From Gammaproteobacteria bacterium (lineage in GTDB: Bacteria; Pseudomonadota; Gammaproteobacteria; Ga0077536), in NCBI GenBank assembly GCA_963662545.2, contig CAXXLL010000002.1:384001-448000 (forward strand): a stretch of DNA of 64,000 nt, given 5' to 3'. Made by a program: the position numbers and the translations under genes. Of the stretch, positions 52,983 through 62,414 are shown one piece after another; position 1 is the stretch's first letter; every line of letters starts with the position of its first letter. Under the pieces are notes generated by a model. That model saw nothing but the letters and a program-made list of their open reading frames with translations, ran no database searches and was not told the DNA's origin.

Positions 52983-54439
52983 ACCTAACGACCCAGCTAA
53001 CCGGCGTTTCAAAATGGGCTTTCTTGGGACGAAAATGCAACGCCGGCACAAGAAAGCCCATTGTGAAACGTCCGGTTCAGCGCCTTGCTGAGGTATCCCC
53101 ACGAATTGGGACTTTTCATGAAGCGAATTCAATCCTTTAGATGATCGACGTGCCTGCTGCTGCCTGATCTAATGGTCGTTACCACACAATCACTTCAATC
53201 AGGAGCAGCAGCATGCACGGCATTAGCTTGTTAAAAAAATGGTGCGAGTGCAATGGCGTCATTGGGCATCGGGCTCGGCTCGATGCCACACTTCGGGTTG
53301 TTGGCGCCCTGCTTGATGGTGGCAAACTGGCCTTAACCCATTTGGGACGTCATCGATCGGGTTCGGCCTTCGTCAAACACCACATCAAAGCCGTCGACCG
53401 TCTGCTCGGTAATCGCCATCTGCATCGTGAACGTCGAGGACTCTATGCGGCCTTTGCACGGACACTCTTATCCACCGTGCGGCGCCCACTGATAGTCGTT
53501 GATTGGGCAGACTGCGAACTCGACCGTGAAATGCTCATCCTCAGAGCCGCCGTGCCCGCCGGCGGTCGTGCAATTACGGTGTATGAGGAAGTCCACCCCC
53601 TCAGTCGCTATAACAGCCCCAAAACCCATCGCGCCTTCTTGAAGGCGCTTCACCACATCGTCCCCGAGAACGTCATCCCTGTCGTCGTCACCGATGCGGG
53701 TTTCCGGGGACCCTGGTTCCGCCAGGTCGAAGCCCTGGGGTGGGATTGGATCGGCCGTATCCGAAACACTATCAAGTACTTCAAACCCGAGACCGGGCGG
53801 TGGTGTTACGTGCATTCACTCTACCCGCAGGCGACACCAAAGGTTCGGCATATCGGTGAGCGGTTGCTCTCCAAACGCCACCGTTACCGCTGTCGCTTAT
53901 ATCTGCTCCGGGCTTATCTGCCGCGTACCGGACGACATGCCCAGCGCAAAAGTTACGGCTCCAATGATGCGCTCTACCGTCGATTACATCGTTCACCGTG
54001 GCTGCTCGCAACCTCTCTCCCGCATACTCGAAACAGCGCTAAGGCCGTCGTGCGTGCTTACCAACAACGCATGCAGATTGAAGAGGCTTTCAGAGACCTC
54101 AAAAACCACCGCTGGGGTTTCGGTTTGCGCTATGCGTGGTCGAGGAATACTCAGCGCCTTGAAGTACTGCTTCTCATCGCGCTGCTCGCAACCCTGCTGC
54201 TGTGGTTGTGTGGGCTCGCAGCGAAAGCTAATCAGTGGACACGGCATTTTCAGGCGAATACCGAACGCAAACGAACCGTGCTATCCATTCCTTTCCTGGG
54301 ACAAGAACTCTGGCGAAGTCATCGATTCAAACTATCTCGCCATGATCTCCAGGACGCATTCATCACGTTACAACAACTCGTTATCTGCGAAGCTCAGTAT
54401 GCCTAATTCGTGGGGATCCTTGAGAACGCCTTGTTAGGC
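52983..54439 (-). repeat. attC of cassette 4, split by IS4 (~111 bp when rejoined)
   Basis: ACCTAAC...CCGGCGTTTCA..ATGGGCTTTCTTG / CAAGAAAGCCCAT..TGAAACGTCCGG...GTTAGGC; same family as the other attCs. Confidence 0.82.
53088..54424 (+). mobile_element. IS4-family element (transposase 53213-54406)
   Basis: TIR CTGAGGTATCCCCACGAATT / AATTCGTGGGGATCCTTGAG, 9-bp TSD A(G/A)CGCCTTG, YREK-type YQQRMQIEEAFRDLK, TDAGF. Confidence 0.92.
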
Positions 54440-54447
54440 GGCGGCTC

Positions 54448-55769
54448 GGTACGGACCGGGTAGATAGGTAACATTATAGTCAAGGTACATGGGTGACAGA
54501 TCAATGGTATTAGGTTCCTCAAAGGAGGAGTCCGATGCCCTGGAGAGAAACGTCACCAATGAACGAAAAAACGCAATTCATCGCAGACTATCTGCGCGAC
54601 CTGTTGACAGTTACCGAGCTGTGCGAACATTACGGCATCAGTCGCAAGACTGGCTACAAATGGATTGATCGGTATCTAAGCGAAGGTCCGGCGGGTTTAG
54701 AGGAACGCACACGGCGGCCTAGAACTTGCCCGCATAAAACGCCGGCGCGGCTCGAGCGCCTGATCATCGATGCGCGACAACGTCATCCGACTTGGGGCGC
54801 TCGTAAATTGCGGACGTTTCTATCGCGGAAGCACCCGCGAGAGCCGTGGCCAACACGGACAACCATTCATGACATCCTAATCCGTGAAGGATTCATCCGG
54901 ACACCGCGGCGCTCACGCAAACTCGGGCATCCGGGAAAACCTGAAACCCGAATGAATGCACCCAACCAAACCTGGGGCGCCGACTTCAAAGGGCATTTCA
55001 AGACCGAAGACGGGCGGTATTGTTACCCGTTGACCGTCACCGATGGCTTTAGTCGATACCTCATCGGATGCCAGTCATTACTCACGACCGCCGTTGAACC
55101 ATCGAAGGCGGTGTTCACCCGCTTATTCAAAGAATACGGACTGCCAGAACGCATCCGTACCGACAACGGCGTCCCCTTCGCGACGAACACGCTCGGTCGA
55201 TTATCAACGCTGTCTGCCTGGTGGATCAGGCTTGGTATTTATCCCGAGCTCATCGAACCCGGAAAGCCTCAACAAAATGGCCGACACGAACGGATGCACC
55301 GAACCTTAAAGGCGGAGACGACTCGACCTCCGGCCGGGGACTATCGCGCGCAACAGAAACGATTTAATCGGTTCCAGATTGAATTCAATGAAGAACGCCC
55401 TCATGAAGCGCTCGACATGTTCACACCTGCCGACTTCTACGAATTTTCTGCCAAAGAAATGCCTAGCAAAATCCCGCCGCTCGAATATCCTGACCGTTTC
55501 ATCAAGCGCTTCGTCAGTGCCAACGGTGGCATCCGATGGCATTCCACCCATGTGCCTGTCTCAATCGCGTGTGCCGGTGAGTACATAGGATTAGAGGAAA
55601 TCGACTGTGGTGTTTGGAACGTCTATTTCGGAACGCTTAAGCTCGGCCGAATGATTGAAAAATACAATCGGATCGAAGATGCTTACGGCCGACTAAAACG
55701 ACATTATCGATAACAAAAGTGTTACCCATCTACCTTGGCACTTTTGTTACCTTTCTCCCGGTCCGCTCA
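54448..55769 (+). mobile_element. IS481-family element (transposase 54535-55713)
   Basis: MPWRE start, HTH, ADFKG, TDNG, QNGRHERMHRTLK; TIR CGGACCGGG...AGGTAACA / TGTTACCT...CCCGGTCCG; no clear TSD. Confidence 0.9.
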
Positions 55770-55842
55770 GGCATTTAACGAAGCCTTAAACACTTTCTCT
55801 TTAGTGTTCCCAGGGTTGCTCAAATGCACGTCGCTTGGAAAT

Positions 55843-56226
55843 CTACGCGGCACTCGCCACCACCTTGATTTCCGCGGCCAGCGTGGCTCCCCATAAACCT
55901 GCGACTTCGATCGCGGTCCAGCATGGATACGGCTTTTCGGTGATGTAACGGTCCTTCACCTTCAGAAATACTTCCTTTTGCGGTTCCAGGTCAACGTGAA
56001 ACGTTGTCACATCGATGACGTCATTCCAGGTTAATCCTGCATCTTCAAGAATCATCTGAATCGTTGAAAACGCTTTGTCGATGGCGTCTTCTAGCGACTG
56101 TCCTTCCTGAGGCGAAACGACGACCCCGGAAAGCCAGACTAGATCACCGGCTCGAATCGCTGGCGACGTGTTGAAATCATCCATCCATTCAGTTCCGGGT
56201 GGCGTATAGCTAGTTCGTGTTGACAT
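55843..56226 (-). CDS. Cassette 4: RidA/YjgF-family protein
   Basis: SPAIRAGDLVWLSG, DVTTFH, YPCWTAIEV, EIKVVA. Confidence 0.85.
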   Translation of the reverse strand: MSTRTSYTPPGTEWMDDFNTSPAIRAGDLVWLSGVVVSPQEGQSLEDAIDKAFSTIQMILEDAGLTWNDVIDVTTFHVDLEPQKEVFLKVKDRYITEKPYPCWTAIEVAGLWGATLAAEIKVVASAA

Positions 56227-56258
56227 AACGGGTACCTTTCACGCTTTTTTCGATTGAC

Positions 56259-56312
56259 GCCTAACAGTTAATATACGGGCAGAAACGCCCTGTTATGCAT
56301 AATACTTCGTGC
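56259..56312 (-). other. Putative attI site
   Basis: Core ATATTAACT-GTTAGGC precedes the first cassette with no attC hairpin upstream; AT-rich context. Confidence 0.5.
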
Positions 56313-56381
56313 GTGCATTTTGTACGGGTTTGTATCTGATTTTACTGGGTTTCCTGCATACCGTAGCGGCTAAGCGACATT

Positions 56382-57822
56382 CATAGGTCGGATCTTATAA
56401 GCCGTTGAAAAGAGGGAACCAAAAGCGCTCCATCCGATCAGATCATGAAATCAACACCAATCGACTTCGTGATCTGGGAGTATCGGATGAAGCACAGAAA
56501 TTAGCAAACGCATGGCGAAATTAGCACAGTGAGCCGGCAGTTAAAACGCACGCTAGGCGAGCGTACGCTCAACGACTTGGGGCGTGCAACGCGATTCTGT
56601 CGCCGAGAAAGGGAGGTCACGCCGTTCCGTTTAGCGGTAAGCCTAATCGAAAGCTTCGCCGGGCACTCAGCGAGCTGTATCGCTGATATTCAACGCGCTT
56701 TCAATGCGCTGTGCTCGACCACGGTGCGCTACAAACCGTTTCATAATCAGCTCGCCAAAAAACAGTTTCCGATGTTTATGCAAGCGCTGCTAAGCGAATT
56801 GCTCAATGGCCTGGCCTGCGATGTCCTCCGATTCGAACCCAACAGCCCATTTGCGCAGTTTGACCACATCCGCATCCAGGACGGCACCTCGTTTGCGTTA
56901 AAACCGGCGCTGAAGGACAGCTTTCCCGGTCGCTTCACGACCGTGAGTCCCGCCGCGGTAGAACTCCATGCCGATCTCGACCTGCTCAGTGAGACCCTGA
57001 ACGAGGTCGTACTCAGCCCTGACAGCTCAGCAGAGCGGCAGTTCTTGCCGGCCGTTGAAGAGGTCGCTGGTGGTTTGCTGCTGGCCGACCGTGGCTACTT
57101 CGCGCGGCCTTACTTTGAAGCGCTCGACACCGCCGGCGGCTATTTCATCGTGCGCGCGGGTCAAGGTATCAATCCGCTGATCGTTGCCGCTCGTCGCGCC
57201 GATGGGCGGCGGGTCAAACGCTTTGACAAGCAGCGATTGAAAGCGGTGGCATCGACCTTAAAGCGCTTCGATTGCCTCGACATGGCCGTGCAATTCGACG
57301 GCGTGCAGGGACCCTGGACCTGTCGTTTAGTCGTGCACCCCAACCTTAAAAAAGGTGCAGCACCTCGTTATCTCATCACCAATCTCGACGCCACCACCTT
57401 TACCCCCGAGCATATTAGCGACGCGTATCGCTTGCGCTGGCAGGTAGAACTGCTCTTCAAAGAGTGGAAGTCTTACGCCAATCTACACGCCTTTGATACC
57501 GCCAACCCGCACATCGCCGAAGGGCTTATCTGGGCCGCACTATGCGCCGCAACGCTGCAGCGCTATTGCGCTCATGTCACCGAGCGCTGGTTGAACGTCG
57601 CCATCTCGACTCATACCGCGGCCAAGTGCATTCATCACGTGCTCGGTCCCATTCTCCATACGCTTATCCATCGGCCCCGCTCTTTACACCGACCGCTCGA
57701 ACACGCGTTGCGCTATTTGGCCAGCAACGCTCAGCGCGCAAAACCTGACCGCGATTGCATTTCGGGACGACTCAAGCTCGGCCTTCAGCATGTTCATGCG
57801 GCCGCTTAAGAACTAACCTATG
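56382..57822 (+). mobile_element. IS4-family element (transposase ~56529-57809)
   Basis: Ends CATAGGT...ACCTATG, 10-bp TSD AAGCGACATT (56372-81, 57823-32), QDGT, ADRGY, YRLRWQVELLFKEWK. Confidence 0.92.
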
Positions 57823-57990
57823 AAGCGACATTAATAACAGGCGCACCGAGTGGCGATATGAAGGTTCCCTACTTCGCTTTGCTAATCGTACATAAAGGAA
57901 CGACCCCGACCGAGTAATAAATCAACCGCGCCATGTCCGCAGTTGGCCGGGAGCCACCCAACGCCATGTTTGCGTCATCAAACGCTATCG

Positions 57991-58078
57991 GACGACCGCT
58001 TACGAGCGCATTGCAGACGTAACCTAGAGCGGTGCTGCACAGCCGCGATTCGGCCGCTGACGACCCGAAGGCGGCATC
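57991..58078 (+). repeat. Bipartite hairpin repeat, copy A
   Basis: GACCGCTTACGAG...TGCAGACGTAA...GCTGCAC...GGCCGCTGACGACCC..GCGGC shared with copies B and C. Confidence 0.8.
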
Positions 58079-58323
58079 GCTACAGATTAATAAACCTGAC
58101 ACCTATACGTCAGTAACCCGGACCCGGAGGTGCAGGCTGTGTTGTCACCATTGCTGATGTCGCATCGCGATTACAACTATGAAAAATACCTTGAACTTCC
58201 AATCGTCTTCTGAACAACTACGCCGCGGCGATCCGGAGTCTTGCCTTTTGCCCCCTTCCTCGTTTGTTAACGTAACTGGTCAATCGGCCGATAACGTCAA
58301 AATCGACTACGGAGAACGATCGT

Positions 58324-58770
58324 ATGAGACAGTGCTTATTGGCCGCATCGCTTGGCGTGATGGTCATTGCCCAAACGGTTCATGCCGATGTCATTACACT
58401 CATTGACGGCACGCGAATCCACGCCGAGGTGCTCTCCCTGCACAACGGGGTTTACACCGTCCGGAGCGACACGCTGGGGACAGTCGAGCTGGCGCGGTCG
58501 AAGATCGTCACAATCGACCAGAAAAACGCTAAACCGAACGAAACCGATCATACCTACGAGGCGCTCAAGGCCGACGTGATGGCGAATCCCGCAGCGATGA
58601 ACAGCATCATGGCGCTGCAGAATGACCCGGAGGTACGCGCACTATTGAGTAATCCCGAGACCCTGAAAGCCATCCAGTCGTTGGATCTGAACGCTCTCTC
58701 GAACAATCCGCAGATTCTCCAGTTCATGCAGCGGCCCGAGGTCCGGGAAATTAACGAGCTCATGCGATAG
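58324..58770 (+). CDS. Exported hypothetical protein with STI1-like (NP/DP) helical repeats
   Basis: Signal peptide ending VHA-D, DVITLIDG beta domain, MANP/QNDP/LSNP/NNPQ repeats. Confidence 0.7.
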   Translation: MRQCLLAASLGVMVIAQTVHADVITLIDGTRIHAEVLSLHNGVYTVRSDTLGTVELARSKIVTIDQKNAKPNETDHTYEALKADVMANPAAMNSIMALQNDPEVRALLSNPETLKAIQSLDLNALSNNPQILQFMQRPEVREINELMR

Positions 58771-58820
58771 CTGGCGCGAGCGGATGCCCCGCATCATGGT
58801 CACGCCGCCGAACGCTACTC

Positions 58821-58909
58821 GACGACCGCTTACGAGGGTACTGCAGACGTAATCTCTAGCTGTGCTGCACTGCGGCGAGGGGGCCGCTGACGACCCAATA
58901 TAGCGGCCA
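58821..58909 (+). repeat. Bipartite hairpin repeat, copy B
   Basis: GACGACCGCTTACGAGGGTACTGCAGACGTAATCTCTAGC...GGCCGCTGACGACCCAATATAGCGGCC. Confidence 0.8.
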
Positions 58910-59042
58910 CGCCGGCGGGCGACTCTTCGAGCTCGTAGGCGCGCGCGAGGTTCGCGATGTAGTCGGGCGGATGATAATACGAGATGTATTGCAGCGCGTC
59001 CGCCACGCTTTGAATAACGTCCTCCGATCGAATCGCTGTCAC
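58910..59042 (-). pseudogene. 5' fragment (~44 codons) of class I fumarate hydratase
   Basis: MTAIRSEDVIQSVADALQYISYYHPPDYIANLARAYELEESPA matches the Fe-S fumarase N-terminus; similarity ends at repeat B. Confidence 0.8.
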
Positions 59043-59048
59043 GGAGCG

Positions 59049-60914
59049 CTATTCGGGGATCTCGAACGCGATCAGTACGTTTCCGGGCAGCCCAAAATTG
59101 AACTGATCCAAGCCGGATGAAACGTATAAGCGGTTTTTCACGATGACGGGCCCCCCGAACGAGCCGAGCCCCCCACCGAACCCTTTGCGGCCGTTAACCG
59201 TTTCATACTCGCGCACCGTATCAAATGTCCACACCGGCTTCCCGGTCGCGGTATCGTAAGCGCGCAGTACGCCGTCGGCGGTGCCCGTGAAAACGACGTC
59301 GCCCGCCACGGTACTGGGCAAGGTAAAGGCATTGCTGCACGGTGGTGTCGTCTTACCTTTACAATCCGGCGTCATATCCTGTATACGCCATACGGACTCA
59401 CCGGTCAGGAGATCGACCGCCGTGAAGGAGCCGTTCGCCTTCCAGTCCACATCCATATCGATGACGGGTACGTAGGCATTTATGCCGTCGCTCGAGAATC
59501 CCCACTCGATACCGCCGAGCTCTCCGCCGGCGCCGAGGCGGATCTGCCACAGGACTTTGCCGCCGTCATCCGGATCCAGGCCGTAAAGCATGCCGTCCTT
59601 GGATCCGGTCACGATGATCTCCTTACCATCCGATCGTTCCACCAGCACCGCGGGAGCCACGATATCCCGGTCACCATGTCCCGTCGGGTTTAAGGGCGAA
59701 CAGGTTTTCTGTTCGGGATCCACCCACTTTTCGCAGCCCAGGTGGTAGATGTCCTGGCCGCCCATCTGCTCGGGCGCCAGTGATTTCACCCAACGCTTGG
59801 CGCCCGTTTTCATGTCCAACGCCAACATGGCGTCGGATTCGGGCACGACCGGCTCGGTCATCTGGTTGCCGGTTGGCACGTAAAGGAGGCCGCGCTTGTC
59901 GTCGACCGTGACGGCCGAGAACACCACGACCCCCGAGGGACCGTAGCGATTCGTGCCGGCTTTCGTCGTGCCCAGATACCCGAATTCCTTGTCGATGGTG
60001 TAAGACTTCCACTTGCGCTCGCCGGTACGCAGGTCATAGGCGACGATGCTGCCGCGAAACGTACAGCACGGGTATTCCTTATTTTTGCCAATATTGAGCA
60101 CTTCTTGGAGGGAGGACACGGGCACGTAAACCATGCCGTCGTGCGCCGTCACGTTGCCCGTAATGCGTGAAGTCGGCGTCCAATCCGCCCGGTCGCGCCA
60201 CAGCAATTGGCCCGTTTCCGCATCTACAGCGTAGACGTTGGCCGCCGTATCGCCAAACACGGCGATACCGTCGGACACGGCGATGTTCGACCTGATCCGC
60301 CATTCCGCCCGGAATGCCCAGTGCGCGCACCCGGTGTCCGCATCGAGCGAGTAGGCCCATTGATTGAGGTTACCCACGAACAATCGGTCGCCCACGACGG
60401 CGACCGGGTGCCCACCACCCTTGGACGCGTGGACCTGCGGGAAGGCCACGGCCCACTTGACCTTGAGGTTCGCTAACCCCGCAGCGGTGAGCTGCGCATT
60501 AGTCACATGCCGGTTGTAGCGGTTGTCGTTCGACAGTCCAGGCCAGTCATGCTCCGCATCGGGTACCAGCGGCGTCTTGTCTTTGCACATGGTCACGCCG
60601 GCACCGCGCGTGCCCTTTTCGGGTTTGTGCCCCGCGATCCACTTGGCTATCGTCCATCGCTTCGCATCGTCCATGCCATTGGCGAACTGTGCCATGACGC
60701 CGAACCACAGTTCCTTGTGAATTTCCTCTGCAGTCATGTTCGATAATGCCGTCAACGATGGGGAAATTGTGGCGCGCCCGTGGCATTCGATACAGTGTTC
60801 GGCGTACAGTGCGGCGCCGTCCAGTCCCTTCGACTTTTCGGTTGCCGGTTCGGCATACGCTGCGAGCGACGCGAACAGGGATCCAAACAGGGGTAACAGG
60901 TGCAGATTTCTCAT
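59049..60914 (-). CDS. Quinohemoprotein PQQ dehydrogenase (polyvinyl-alcohol-dehydrogenase-like)
   Basis: Signal peptide, CIECH heme c motif, repeated D..TG...W beta-propeller motifs, vicinal CC (CCTFRGS). Confidence 0.85.
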   Translation of the reverse strand: MRNLHLLPLFGSLFASLAAYAEPATEKSKGLDGAALYAEHCIECHGRATISPSLTALSNMTAEEIHKELWFGVMAQFANGMDDAKRWTIAKWIAGHKPEKGTRGAGVTMCKDKTPLVPDAEHDWPGLSNDNRYNRHVTNAQLTAAGLANLKVKWAVAFPQVHASKGGGHPVAVVGDRLFVGNLNQWAYSLDADTGCAHWAFRAEWRIRSNIAVSDGIAVFGDTAANVYAVDAETGQLLWRDRADWTPTSRITGNVTAHDGMVYVPVSSLQEVLNIGKNKEYPCCTFRGSIVAYDLRTGERKWKSYTIDKEFGYLGTTKAGTNRYGPSGVVVFSAVTVDDKRGLLYVPTGNQMTEPVVPESDAMLALDMKTGAKRWVKSLAPEQMGGQDIYHLGCEKWVDPEQKTCSPLNPTGHGDRDIVAPAVLVERSDGKEIIVTGSKDGMLYGLDPDDGGKVLWQIRLGAGGELGGIEWGFSSDGINAYVPVIDMDVDWKANGSFTAVDLLTGESVWRIQDMTPDCKGKTTPPCSNAFTLPSTVAGDVVFTGTADGVLRAYDTATGKPVWTFDTVREYETVNGRKGFGGGLGSFGGPVIVKNRLYVSSGLDQFNFGLPGNVLIAFEIPE

Positions 60915-61135
60915 GGTCCGATCTCCCGACATCGTCTTATTGGATGTTCACCCGAGGGCAGTTCTGAAAGCGTAGCAAATCTCGACGAACACCGTTTATA
61001 TTCGGGACCGCTCTTAGCCGCGAGCCGAAGTCAAGCGCTGCGATGCTTTTTATGAGAAGGGAATGGCCGTTTACGAGGGTATCCCAGACCTAACCTCTAG
61101 CATTGCTGCACTGCCGCGATCCGGCCGCTGACGAC

Positions 61136-61951
61136 CTATTGTGTTGAAAAAGTCCGGTTCGCCGTCGGTCGCGATGTGCGTAGAAAAACCGACCGCGCAG
61201 GATCGCCTGTAAGCGACGATCGGCACTCCGGTAATGGTTTGACGACCCCCAAATTTATCGAAATCCTATGCTGCACGACTTTTTCAACACAATGTGTGCC
61301 ACGAGGCACTGAAGAGATAGGGGGTCACTGAAAGTGTCGTAACTCTAACAGAGATGGAGGTAGGTCCTCCAAAGCCGCCCTGCAGGGGGGGGCTTTAAAC
61401 CACCCTAAGCTGCTCCGGTCAAGAGCCGGGGTGGTGAGCGTTAGGGAAAAGGCGTCGCAAGAGGCGTCAGGTGAGAAACAGAGAGACGAGCGCAAGCGAA
61501 CCACTGCTGAAGCGTCGAAAGAAAAATCGGGTGACATCAAAACCGAGTCTGATTGTGTGGCTCGGGAGGGATCCAGCGGGTGCCTGCTGATTGGCTGGGT
61601 GGTGTCCGGTGTATAGGTGGCGTGACGCTGTTTCGGGCTTTGTTAGGGAACGTGGGAACCTGTCGCTTGGATGTCAAGGGAGAAGTTTAAGTGGTCAACG
61701 CCACGAGAACGAGCGTACCAATGCCAGGCACAGGGGCGGAGCAACTCGTAGTAGTGATGAAGCGGGGTAATGCCCGTGGAGCGAAGGGGTTGCGTCATTC
61801 AGTCTCAGGATTGGGTCAACCCGTCAGGGGAGGAGCCCATGAGTGAGACAAAGCCGTTTCTCGGCTGAATGATGGGAGCCGGATGAGCGGAGACGTTCAC
61901 GTCCGGTTCTACGAGGGCCTCGGGGTGAAACTCCCCGGGGCTACTCACCAG
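61136..61951. mobile_element. ~160-bp MITE related to the attC MITEs, right TIR interrupted by the intron
   Basis: TIR ATTGTGTTGAAAAAGTC / GACTTTTTCAACACAAT^CAG; internal CTGTAAGCGACGATC and AATGGTTT..GACCCCCAA are reverse complements of motifs in the 147-bp MITEs. Confidence 0.78.
61294..61948 (+). ncRNA. ORF-less group II intron (IIB, bacterial class D-like), 655 nt
   Basis: 5' GTGTGC, domain V GAGCCGGATGAGCGGAGACGTTCACGTCCGGTTC (61876-61909), domain VI with bulged A, 3' end ...CTACTCAC, ORF remnant MSETKPFLG* (61839-61868). Confidence 0.92.
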
Positions 61952-62062
61952 ACCCTAAACGGCCATCGGCGAAAATCGAATAACTCATCCTGACAGTTTC
62001 GAGTAGGGGAACTCTTGTCGGCGCGGTATCCTTGCGCCTTGGGTATGCGCGAGGGGTGTCCG

Positions 62063-62407
62063 ATGAAGAAGTTTTTGCTTATTCCTTTGCTGTGCGTTTC
62101 GGGGAATGTCGCGGGGGGAGAGTACGGGGTATTCAAGAGCGGCAACGAATTGTTGTCGGACTGCACCGAGACTTCCCGAGGACTGAATTACATGCACAGC
62201 CTCGGCTACATAGCGGCGGCTGCCGACACCCATGACGTTTGGGTGACCTGGGGCGACTTACACAGAAAAATATGTACGCCATTAGAGGTCCCGCAAGAAC
62301 AGCTCAGGCGCGTCGTCGTGAAGTACCTCGAAGAGCGCCCCGCACTATTGGACACAATGGGCAGCGATGGCATCGATCGCCGTGTGAATGCCAAGCATCA
62401 CGTGTGA
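62063..62407 (+). CDS. Rap1a/Tai4-like immunity protein, C-terminus apparently truncated or replaced
   Basis: Signal peptide, SGNELLSDC, LGYIAAAAD, ICTP.EV..EQLRRVVVKYLEERP; the usual terminal AFPC-type motif is absent. Confidence 0.65.
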   Translation: MKKFLLIPLLCVSGNVAGGEYGVFKSGNELLSDCTETSRGLNYMHSLGYIAAAADTHDVWVTWGDLHRKICTPLEVPQEQLRRVVVKYLEERPALLDTMGSDGIDRRVNAKHHV

Positions 62408-62414
62408 AGGAAGC

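Larger units (their letters stand above)
61062..61966 (+). repeat. Bipartite hairpin repeat, copy C, interrupted by MITE + intron
   Basis: 61062-61135 matches copies A/B up to GGCCGCTGACGAC; hairpin completed at 61952-61966 (ACCCTAAACGGCCAT). Confidence 0.78.

Noticed and set aside
56487-56528. Stop-codon readthrough in the IS4 transposase (ATG 56487, in-frame TAG at 56502)
   Set aside because: A nonsense mutation or use of the downstream GTG start explains it equally well; no recoding signal visible
61294-61948. Intron as an attC-targeting group IIC intron or part of a retron/DGR
   Set aside because: Has EBS2 and a full-length IIB-type domain V, is not inserted at an attC, and no RT gene is present in the window
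57991-61966. Repeats A-C as a CRISPR array or as attC sites
   Set aside because: Spacing is 0.7-2.2 kb with genes between, no cas genes, and no RYYYAAC/GTTRRRY boxes
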